NCBI GenBank assembly: GCA_018985225.1 | Contig: JADGIF010000262.1 | Coordinates: 1 to 12,431 of the forward strand | Origin: Amoeboradix gromovi X-113 | Lineage: Eukaryota > Fungi > Sanchytriomycota | DNA length: 12,431 bases | Direction of reading: 5' to 3' | Shown here: positions 1-8,194 of the stretch, in pieces | Numbering within the stretch: the first letter of the stretch is position 1 | Layout of the letters: every line of letters begins with the position of its first letter | The notes under the pieces: generated by a model | Told to the model about the DNA's origin: nothing | Seen by the model: only the letters and a program-made list of their open reading frames with translations | Database searches by the model: none | Program-made: the position numbers and the translations under genes

Positions 1-101
1 TTATGTATAAAACTGACTGAAATGTTCTTTACTTCTTTCTATTTTTCTGCTAGACTTCTCAAGAGCCCCGAATACAGCTGAGATGCATCATTCGGTTGTT
101 G

Positions 102-545
102 CTCCTAATTAAAAGTCCTGATTTCCGAGAAAATCGAGAATTCCCACAGAGAAACTAGCAGTGCTAAATACTCCGTTGCAGTGATTTGTCACGCTTGCAC
201 TACCTTGAGGAGGGATTGAATAAGGATGTATGTATTTGTATAAATTCCTTGCTGTCATATGGTCTCTATTGTTGCACATGTGGTAAGACAATGACATACG
301 AATTGTTAATAAATGGTTTACAAGTTTATTTATCGTTGATCTCTTTCCCGGCGTTGAAATACATCTAATTCTTCCATGCTTGGACCAGTTCCACAGTGTT
401 GATGAATGCATGCTGTACCAGTTAGCGATTCTTTAGATTTGAAATATTCGGGATTACATCCATTTATTCCATTTACCATTTGTAAAAAGGAAGAATATCG
501 AGTATTTAAGCTATTAGAAAAGTCATGCAATTTTATACAAATGCA
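102..545 (-). mobile_element. Non-autonomous IS607-like Fanzor2 element, copy A (internally deleted)
   Basis: Minus strand: frameshifted TnpA N-terminus from ATG at 479 (MVNGINGCNPEYFKSK / HSSTLWNWSKHGRIRCISTPGKR), then a short middle fragment, then RuvC-III-like RDHMTARNL read to TAA at 109-111. It ends in the shared terminus ...CAGGACTTTTAATTAGGAG. The left boundary is approximate, judged by loss of similarity to copy C. Confidence 0.8.
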
Positions 546-664
546 TACCAATTCGCAATAGATTATTTGTTCCATAAACAATCCAACTGTGACTAAAGAA
601 GGGACTGGTTTGGTACCATCTATCTACAAATCAATGCCTACTTTGGAGCAAATACAGGGTATTC

Positions 665-784
665 CAGCAATGCAATGGTCCGAGAGCTAGTACCATTACA
701 TACAAACATACCCAAATGGCTTGTTTCTCTTCTCTTGCATGTCTTCTGGCCAGTGAATCTAGCAAGACGAGTCTTTTTCTCTGC
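665..784 (-). repeat. Second repeat family; inverted copy of 2981-3100 (decayed PIF1-like helicase fragment)
   Basis: Ungapped 120-bp alignment to the reverse complement of 2981-3100, about 101/120 identical by hand count. Minus-strand frames give LVLLDSLARRH and NKPFGYVCM, with stops. Confidence 0.75.
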
Positions 785-1249
785 TTTATAAAAATACTAG
801 ACGGTTTTCTTAATGGCTCGTCAAGTAAAATCGGCAATTCTTCATTATATTGCTTTCTTTATTAAACGCAATGTCACAGTCGAGGGAGAGCAGAATCGTT
901 TCAGTTATACAATATTTGTAGGAATATCAATTTAATTTTATAAACAGCTATCGACTTAAAGCGAATAGTAGTTTTTCGGCATTACATGATCTTTCTTTTT
1001 TACCTTCTGTAACTGAACAAAAACTCGATAATCTTTATTTTTAACTAGCACAAATTAGTCAAGGTCTCGCGATCCAGGACTTGTTTATTCCGAAGAAATC
1101 AAGAGCTGATACATAATATAATCTTGGGAATTAAGTACCGGTCCAAGAATAGCAAAATACAAGGTCTTTCGACTAGTAAGAGATTCTTACACAGTTTGCA
1201 ACTCTCAAAATCGCTTTGTAATTACACAACCTCCTCAAAAGAGATCATA

Positions 1250-1366
1250 ATTCAACCACACTTTAGAGTAGTGAAAGTATGAGCAAGTGCTGTAACGGAG
1301 CATCTAGCATTAGTTTCTCTGTGGAAATTCTCGATTTTCTCGGAAATCAGGAATTTTAACGAGGAG
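1250..1366 (+). mobile_element. Fanzor2 element right-end-only copy B (putative omegaRNA scaffold region)
   Basis: TTCAACCACACTTTAGAGTAGTGAAAG...TAGTTTCTCTGTGGAAATTCTCGATTTTCTCGGAAATCAGGAATTTTAACGAGGAG matches the reverse complement of the termini of A, C and F. Confidence 0.8.
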
Positions 1367-1421
1367 TCTCTGCGTGGAAACTCTTGGTTTTACAGGGGAT
1401 AGCAGGGCTTTTAACGAGGAG
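1367..1421 (+). repeat. Diverged second right-end copy B', in tandem with B
   Basis: TCTCTGCGTGGAAACTCTTGGTTTTACAGGGGATAGCAGGGCTTTTAACGAGGAG repeats the element terminus, and TTTTAACGAGGAGT occurs twice (ending at 1367 and 1422). It shares GGAAACTCTYGGTT with copy D. Confidence 0.7.
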
Positions 1422-1436
1422 TGCCCTCCTTTTTTT

Positions 1437-2294
1437 ATGGAAAGATCAGTTGAATTATCTCTACATATAGTAGACTTATCTGGAATTTTGACGCTAAATC
1501 CTATTAATCCTTGCCATATGACTCAGGTGCAGGTATATTTAGAAGGTACATACAATTTACTTGTGAGTAGGCGAAAACATGAAAAATGCACGGCGAAAAA
1601 GGTCACATTTGTAATTGAAGAACAGACACTTTGGAAAACCGAGTCCCTGCCAGATTACGCAAGGGCGGAAGGTGATTTTTTGAAAGGAGAGAAAAGTTGG
1701 CCCTTCTTATTTGTTCAAAATGCTAGATTGGCTACTATTAAAACAAAGTATTTTACAATCACATATCATATCAGAGCCCAAATACGTACAAGCTCGTTGA
1801 TCTTCAATACTATTGAGTCCGTGGAATCCGTGATACTGAAACCAAATCATGATGCGGAATTAATAAAATTCTCACAATTTTCTCATATGATAGGACCATT
1901 TACTGTTTCTTTGGATTCAAGAGTACTAAATAACCCAATTCAGTTAATGATTGAATATGATTCGGATTTTAAATATTCGCTCTCTGTTAAGTTAATACAA
2001 CTTTTTCAATTTCAAACTGAGACTTCGTGGGAAAGAAAGAAAAAAGTTTTATGTCAGGGGAAGCTGGACTGTGTATCTGCCTGCGGCATCAATATTAGCC
2101 TACCTAAATGCATGGAATGGAGCCACAATGGTAAAGTAAAGAATTTCAAGTGGAACAAGAAGACAGATATTTTACCAACTAATACCCACCATCAGAACGA
2201 ATATGGTAGCGTAGATCATTATTTTGAGGTATTAATAAAAGGCAAGCACAAAGAGATACACCAGTTGGTTGTTCCTATATTATTAATAAAATGA
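1437..2294 (+). CDS. Arrestin-fold (alpha-arrestin-like) protein
   Basis: Arrestin-N-like pattern: LSGILTL..P..MTQVQVYLEG...LW...KGEKSWPFLF...TITYHIRAQI. C-terminal SVDHYFEVLI...LVVPILL. The first ATG is at 1437; the GTG start at 1374 lies inside repeat B'. Confidence 0.7.
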   Translation: MERSVELSLHIVDLSGILTLNPINPCHMTQVQVYLEGTYNLLVSRRKHEKCTAKKVTFVIEEQTLWKTESLPDYARAEGDFLKGEKSWPFLFVQNARLATIKTKYFTITYHIRAQIRTSSLIFNTIESVESVILKPNHDAELIKFSQFSHMIGPFTVSLDSRVLNNPIQLMIEYDSDFKYSLSVKLIQLFQFQTETSWERKKKVLCQGKLDCVSACGINISLPKCMEWSHNGKVKNFKWNKKTDILPTNTHHQNEYGSVDHYFEVLIKGKHKEIHQLVVPILLIK

Positions 2295-2789
2295 ATTTAC
2301 TTACTAACAAAGCAGTTTCTCTGATGAAACCTTTTTATTGGTCTGGTAGTATTGCTAGAAACGCCTACAAAAATTCACGTAATTCATACAATGACTAGTA
2401 AATATTTTTGAAAATAGGAGCTCAGCCTTAATGCTTAAGTGGGAATAGCTTATAACCATTCTCTGTTTTTGAAATAATGTGATTTAGCAGTCAAATAGAT
2501 ACTTGAACTCGAGTTCAACACTCTAAATTTAACAAATTGCAAAAAAGTACTTGTAGTATGCTATACTTACGCAGCTAAGTAAAATGAATAACGCAAATAA
2601 TAGACTGCAGAAATAAGTTGAAATCTTGTAGAACTTTGTTTGAGGGTTTACTTCACAGATGTGCAGTCAAGATAATGAGACACCTAGTATATTCTACAAA
2701 CACTGGACTCTCAGTAAAACCAGTATTTCAAGTAGACTTAACTCAATTGTACTTTCTGATGTGCTATAAAATATCACTTAGGTAGCTAT

Positions 2790-3200
2790 TCTCGTGCAGG
2801 TCATCTCATAGTATGGTAATAGCCTGTTAATTCGTTTTTAGTACTTGTCCAAGTCTCGGTCTTCGAATAGATACACGATACATTTTTTGGTAAACAAGTA
2901 CTATTCATTCTATATGGTTCTTGGGCTATTCGAAGTGGATTTAGCAGATGATGATCATACTAGCGGGGTAGTGTAAAGATGCTGAGAAAAAGAGTCTTCT
3001 TGTCAGATTCAATGGCCAGAAGACATGTGAGAGAAGAGAAACAAGCCATTTGGGGGTGTTTGTATGCGATTGTACTGGCTCTCTGAGAATTGCAGCGCTG
3101 TGCTTCCCAAAAGATAGCGAATACTCGTAAGCTTTGTGCAAACTTGGACAGCTGTTGTAAGAAATAGTTTGACAGTCATAATGCATTAGAGGAAAGAAAT
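2790..3200 (+). pseudogene. Decayed PIF1-family (SF1B) helicase fragment
   Basis: Motif remnants appear in the expected order across frameshifts and stops: GNSLLIR (Walker-A-like, ~2815), TIHS (2900), KWI*QMMII / MLRKRVFLSDSMARRH, then in one frame 3040-3189 NKPFGGVCMRLYWLSENCSAV...FVQTWTAVVRNSLTVIMH*. This compares with the PIF1 pattern PFGG-x11-LPPV...F...W...LTxxxRQ. Confidence 0.5.
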
Positions 3201-3676
3201 CAATGGAGCACTTTATCACAAAAAACGAGCCTCCAAAGAAAAAGTGACCAAAAGTATTTAATTTGCCGGTTGCGACTATCTTCAATTCAGAGAAAAGTCG
3301 GATAAAAAATGGTCAAAGACCAAGTTGCTAGCCAAAATATGATATTAGACCCATTCCAGCCAATTTTTATTTAATAAAGTATGGTTTAGTTTTTGTTCTA
3401 CTTTTGCCATGGGTATCTAGTACTGTAATAGCTTACGAATTAGAGATTTTTTATATCGTACTTTAAAATGAAACCCCGATGACCAACAACGATTAGGCCG
3501 CGCATATTCTGTGATGTGATGATAAATTTCATCAATCTGGCTAAGCTTTTACAAAATTCCTTAAGTCTTCCTAAATTACTCCATTACCAATTGACAATGT
3601 AATTTTGTAACCGCCCAATCAAAAGTGGCAGCAAGCATTTTCGTTAAATTCAAATAGATATTCCATAACTTTTTGT

Positions 3677-4120
3677 ATGTTATTTACAATTTTAGCGCTC
3701 TTTCTGGTCTCAAATGGTGCAGTGCCTCCGCCACCACCGCTTCCACCCGCTGGTATACCGCCACCACCTCCTCCAGGTAACTCACCTTCAAAAGGTAGTG
3801 ACGCAACTGGCACCTCTGGAGCTCCACCGTCATCGACAGCTTTCTTGTTACCACACGTCCCAGTCTCATCTGATGTCGCTGCTAACCCGATGATAGCTGT
3901 CAATTACTTTATAGATTTCATGACCAAGCCAAGCAGTGGTTCTCCTCCACTGCCACCGAGTGCTACAGCCGTAGAATCTGATCTGAACAATCTTGCTTCT
4001 GTCAATGATACAAATAGCACCAACTCAACCAGTAAAAAGGAATCCAAGTCAGCGTCGTCTGATTTAAATAGATCTATGACAAGCCTGGCTGTTTTTACAG
4101 TCATTTTATTCATGAATTAA
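3677..4120 (+). CDS. Secreted Pro/Ser/Thr-rich protein, probably GPI-anchored
   Basis: N-terminal hydrophobic signal (MLFTILALFLVSNGA), polyproline runs, a Ser/Thr-rich stalk with NxS/T sites, a small-residue omega region (SASS) and a C-terminal hydrophobic tail (LAVFTVILFMN). AATAAA follows the stop. Confidence 0.75.
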   Translation: MLFTILALFLVSNGAVPPPPPLPPAGIPPPPPPGNSPSKGSDATGTSGAPPSSTAFLLPHVPVSSDVAANPMIAVNYFIDFMTKPSSGSPPLPPSATAVESDLNNLASVNDTNSTNSTSKKESKSASSDLNRSMTSLAVFTVILFMN

Positions 4121-4321
4121 AAGTAAATAAATTGTTAAATTTTGAGCACTGATTTATTTATTGCTGAGAATCTTAAATCGTTAATCAAAAAATAGATTAC
4201 CTGTTGCACAAATGGAATACTTGGCTTAAGGTTTATAAACAAAAACAATGACTAAAATGTACTAGAGTTAAATTTATTCACCACCAGCGGTACCTATCTC
4301 CAAAACGCAAGCTACAAACTA

Positions 4322-4885
4322 CTCCTCGTTAAAAGTCCTGATTTCTGAGAAAATCGAGAATTTCCAGAGAGAAACTAGCAATGCTAGTAAATCCGTTAAA
4401 GTGATTGCTAAAGCTTTCACTACTCTGAGGCGGGATTGAATAAGGGCGTGTACATTTGATGTATATGTTCCTTGCAGCCATATGGTCTCTATCTATATCA
4501 AAATGACACCTTGTTCATGTGTATGTTTCTAAATTGGTTTTCTTAAGGTTGCCACACCTTGTACATGCACAATAAGCACTAAGATATCCCATTGCTGCAC
4601 ATTAGCAAGACCAATGGCATACGAATTATTAAATAAATGGTTTAGAGATATATTTTTATCGTTGATCTCTTTCTAGGCGTTAAGCGACACTAATTGTTCC
4701 ATGCCTGGGCCAGTTCCTCAACGTTGATGAATGTATACCGCAACTATTGGTTATTTCTTTAGATTTGACGTATTCAGGATGACATCCATTTATTCCATTT
4801 ACCATTTGCGAAAATGAAGAATATCGGGTACCTAAAGCGTTGGAAAAATCTAGAAAAGTTATGCAAACTGTGTAAAAATATACGC
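4322..4885 (-). mobile_element. Non-autonomous IS607-like Fanzor2 element, copy C
   Basis: TnpA HTH fragment from ATG at 4805 (MVNGINGCHPEYVKSKEITNSCGIHSSTLRNWPRHG). Fanzor C-terminus CTRCGNLKKTNLETYT*TRCHFDIDRDHMAARNIYIK...LRNQDF* (stop at 4329-4331). Terminus ...GACTTTTAACGAGGAG. The left end is approximate. Confidence 0.85.
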
Positions 4886-4917
4886 AGATTCTTAATAAAC
4901 GATTTATTATACAAAAC

Positions 4918-6855
4918 TCAACAGCTGTCACAAGAATCTGCAAATTTGGGATCCGTCTCTAGTTGTGAGCGGTAAAACTCATAATAAGATGCCCTCTTTT
5001 TTAATATATGATCAAAGTCTATTGCATCCAAATCATTCTTATACTCGTCGAAAGTTTTGTAAGAATGCTTTTTAAACAACTCCATCAAGTACATAGTGAA
5101 TACACCACATGAAGTGATATCCTTTTGCGCACTATTGCTGTAATGATCTGTAATTTTTACATTATCACGATTGTAATGTTTGAAAAATTCAAGCAAATTT
5201 AGTTTTGCCAATTGTTTCCATAGAGCATATCTTCCAGTGCTTTCAGCGGTATGCTTGTAATTGATCAAGTCTGGGTGAAATAAGAAATCAAACATTCTAA
5301 CTTCTAATCCGTTGGAATCACCTGGCAATGCGACAGCAGTAATCCAATGACCACCTGGATCTCCAGCTCCGAGAAACAATGGGATAATAAATGGATACGT
5401 CTTTCCATCCCAACGGTTTTCTGTTACTAACCAGGACCTCGTATTTCTATCTCTGGCAGTCATTGCGAGTGAAAACTGCAGGTTACAGATATGTCCGTTA
5501 TCATAACCTCGTAAAAAAGTCAAAGTGTAGCGCCACCAATCTATAGCTATGCTCTCCACTTGTTCTTGTGGGTTTCCAAGATGAGACATCAAGGCTTCGG
5601 TAAAAATCTTTCCAGGACATTCTGGTTTACTCTCTCTGTTTATCGCACCATGTTCGCCTTCTGGATATAACGAAAGATCAATTTCTTTTAAATCAGATGT
5701 TGCACCATAGTTGAGAGCGTTTAGCAATTCTTTTATCGTGAATTCTCTGTCAGCCTGCAGCGGTTTCAAGGCAAATTCGGCAAACTCTGATCGGATTTCT
5801 TTCAAGGTATCTCCTATACTACGCTGAAAAGAGTCCCATTTTGCTGCTGCCCCGAGCAAAATGTCGGAAGTTAAAACAAACTTTGAGATAACCAAATGTA
5901 AATTTGTTTCTGAAATGTGGCTAAGATGTGTAAGATCGATTGTGCTGGAGTATGTCAGTTTTCCTATCACAATAGATCTAGTTTTCAGGAATTCTTTGAA
6001 TATATCGATATGATTTGTATTTTTCAGACTAGTTTTGAAGTAGTACAGAATCCCGAATAAACCGCTTTTAACAAATACAATTGTGCCTGAATTAGGAATC
6101 CTAACAATTACCGGATAAGTGGAACCGCTCCAGTTTGAACCCAGATTTGCAAGATCCTCTGTTCTAATAACTCTCGACTCAGCAAGATACTTACCAAAGT
6201 CAGGATTCAGAAAGTGATCAGGATTCCATCTGTTATAGTACCACATAGCGATATCATCCTGATATGCCACCGAAGTGGCACCGTGTATATAGTCAAGAGC
6301 TGTCTGAAGAGGAAGATTGTGTTGAAAATGGTAATTAGGACTCAACTCGTAGCGTAATTTAAAGTCAATAAAGTTCTTCAAGATGACGGCTCTACTGAAT
6401 ATATTACCTTGCATTGCTGATTTTTGATTAATGTACTGTTGTATAACCGCAATAAACAGCAAATCAGCGTAATCCTCAGATTCAAGAGGGTATACGTTCT
6501 TCAGAGGATTACGGTGTGTACTAATAAACGAACTAAAAATATCAACTTCTATATGCCCAGAAGAGCTGACATAGTAATCAATTCTACCTTGATAGACTAC
6601 AGCTACAACAGAATGCTCAAAAAGATTGACAACATATGGTTCTTCTGGTAATGCGCACTTCTCATAACTCTGAATCGTAACAGTATTTCCGTGGTCTAAA
6701 AGACGTATTTGGCCATTTTCGTTGATTTTTTTATACATTAGCGGTGTATTCACATCATATTTAATCGTTACCTCTGCTAGCACAACAAAGATAAGAAATG
6801 GAACCATTGTAACAACCATAAAGGAGAAAGTCGCTATCTCGAAAAATAATTTCAT
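4918..6855 (-). CDS. Ulp1/C48-like (clan CE) cysteine protease with N-terminal signal-like segment
   Basis: C-terminal catalytic motifs in H-D-Q-C order: GGHWITAV, MFDFL, AQKDITSCGVF. Likely starts are ATG 6855, 6819 or 6807 (MVPFLIFVVLA/EV is signal-peptide-like). The upstream extension to the TTG at 7035 is derived from element copy D. Confidence 0.8.
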   Translation of the reverse strand: MKLFFEIATFSFMVVTMVPFLIFVVLAEVTIKYDVNTPLMYKKINENGQIRLLDHGNTVTIQSYEKCALPEEPYVVNLFEHSVVAVVYQGRIDYYVSSSGHIEVDIFSSFISTHRNPLKNVYPLESEDYADLLFIAVIQQYINQKSAMQGNIFSRAVILKNFIDFKLRYELSPNYHFQHNLPLQTALDYIHGATSVAYQDDIAMWYYNRWNPDHFLNPDFGKYLAESRVIRTEDLANLGSNWSGSTYPVIVRIPNSGTIVFVKSGLFGILYYFKTSLKNTNHIDIFKEFLKTRSIVIGKLTYSSTIDLTHLSHISETNLHLVISKFVLTSDILLGAAAKWDSFQRSIGDTLKEIRSEFAEFALKPLQADREFTIKELLNALNYGATSDLKEIDLSLYPEGEHGAINRESKPECPGKIFTEALMSHLGNPQEQVESIAIDWWRYTLTFLRGYDNGHICNLQFSLAMTARDRNTRSWLVTENRWDGKTYPFIIPLFLGAGDPGGHWITAVALPGDSNGLEVRMFDFLFHPDLINYKHTAESTGRYALWKQLAKLNLLEFFKHYNRDNVKITDHYSNSAQKDITSCGVFTMYLMELFKKHSYKTFDEYKNDLDAIDFDHILKKRASYYEFYRSQLETDPKFADSCDSC

Positions 6856-6872
6856 AATCAAATTATTGCAAT

Positions 6873-7050
6873 TTTTTCCATCAAACCTTTGATATGCTAG
6901 ATAACCGAGAGTTTCCATAGAGAACTCAGAAACGCCAGTCGCACCATGGCGTTGATTTCTCACGCTTCCACTACCCTGAGGCTGGATTGTAAAGTGATGC
7001 ATATAAGTAGATGTTCCTTGCTGACCCACGGCCAATCTGCTTTAAATGAC
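6873..7050 (-). mobile_element. Old, diverged Fanzor2 right-end copy D
   Basis: The DNA aligns to the termini of A, C and F (e.g. CTCACGCTTCCACTACCCTGAGGCTGGATTG; ATGTTCCTTGCTG). Its translation IQPQGSGSVRNQRHGATGVSEFSMETLGYL parallels IPPQGSASVTNHCNGVFSTASFSVGILDFL of copy A. Confidence 0.7.
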
Positions 7051-7425
7051 GACTTCTAATCTTTATAGCAATTCCGGTGCCAACAAGTTCTTAAACAAGC
7101 GTGAACTTGCATTTCTAGTACACTTTTTATTTATTAATGCGACACTCGCATTTAGGAAAATGTATGTTTTAGAGATCTCAAAATACTAAATTATTTCTTT
7201 ATGCGTTGTAAACTGTATAGGAATCTATTTGCCGGTGTTCTTAGAGATATGACATACGCTCTTTCAGTATTTACTCGAGATCTTTGATAAGAACTTGTAT
7301 AAAAACCAAAAAATTAATTTTAAAAACAAGTTTTAACATTTAATCGCAAAGTTAACCATAAAATTCCTATTTGCTCTAGACTTTATTAATTCTTTACTTT
7401 TTTGAAACATCAACCTTTTTCAAAA

Positions 7426-7641
7426 ATGTCCGAACTGAAGTTAAAAAAATTACAAGAATATAATACCCGCTTACGCGAGCAGCTAGACATGCCACGCGTA
7501 CCAGTTAGTGAGGCAAGTCAAGGTCTAATTAAATTCGTAAAAGCAACTAAAGATTGTTTAGTTCCAAGCGTTTGGGGCCCGGTTCCTAAAGGTGAAGACC
7601 CATATGGAAAAAACCATGGTGATGGATGTTGCGGTTCATAA
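7426..7641 (+). CDS. Heterotrimeric G-protein gamma subunit (fungal Ste18/GpgA type)
   Basis: [49 protein letters not shown]....DPY is the typical fungal GGL domain, with a C-terminal Cys motif GCCGS*. The ATG is at 7426. Confidence 0.92.
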   Translation: MSELKLKKLQEYNTRLREQLDMPRVPVSEASQGLIKFVKATKDCLVPSVWGPVPKGEDPYGKNHGDGCCGS

Positions 7642-7696
7642 TAAATTTTATGTAGCTTTCTTCTATTTGCTTTCCATAATGTCAGGATAAAACAAC

Positions 7697-8194
7697 ATGA
7701 ATGAATTCTTCATGGAATTGTCTTTAAAATGTGCTAATAAGTGTAAGTCCACATCTACCGCCTACAATGTTGGGGCGGTTCTAGTCCACTCTACCGTGGT
7801 TTTTACTGAAGACCTAGATGTTAACGACTTAGAAGGTCGGAATCTACTTTTCACAGGATATTCAAGGGAACTACCAGGTAATACCCACGCTGAACAAGTA
7901 TGTCTACTCAAGCATGGGAAATGTAACCTGTTATTGCAGGACTACATTCTCTATACAACTATGGAGCCTTGTAGCGAACGTTTGAGTGGCAAGTTACCAT
8001 GCGCTCAAAATATCATTGATAGTCATGGTAAACAGCTAAATATAACCAAAGTATACGTTGCTTGTTCTGAACCTTCCAATTTTGTTTATGCTAAAGGTAT
8101 ATCTCTTTTACAACAATTTGGTATAAAGGTTGAAATTCTGTCTCAGTATCGCGAGCCAGCGCTTTTAGTTAACAAACATATTGTTCATCAATGA
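7697..8194 (+). CDS. Zinc-dependent pyrimidine deaminase, Rib2 (DRAP deaminase) domain type, riboflavin biosynthesis
   Basis: VGAVLV, TGYSRELPGNTHAEQ and LYTTMEPCSERLSGKLPC give the HxE...PCx8C cytidine deaminase motif, as in the fungal Rib2 deaminase domain. Confidence 0.85.
   Translation: MNEFFMELSLKCANKCKSTSTAYNVGAVLVHSTVVFTEDLDVNDLEGRNLLFTGYSRELPGNTHAEQVCLLKHGKCNLLLQDYILYTTMEPCSERLSGKLPCAQNIIDSHGKQLNITKVYVACSEPSNFVYAKGISLLQQFGIKVEILSQYREPALLVNKHIVHQ

Noticed and set aside
109-837. ORFs 109-411, 186-368, 330-581 and 631-837 as genes
   Set aside because: They are chimeric, antisense or frameshifted readings of decayed repeats.
102-1366. A and B as terminal inverted repeats of one 1.26-kb TIR transposon
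   Set aside because: Both are the same polar right end that is found elsewhere in direct orientation. There is no TSD, and A has its own left end near 545.
2941-3285. 114-aa minus-strand ORF
   Set aside because: It has a non-ATG start and is antisense to the helicase-like remnant.
3619-4113. Minus-strand ORFs 3619-3903, 3684-3869 and 3904-4113
   Set aside because: They are antisense shadows of the Pro-rich gene.
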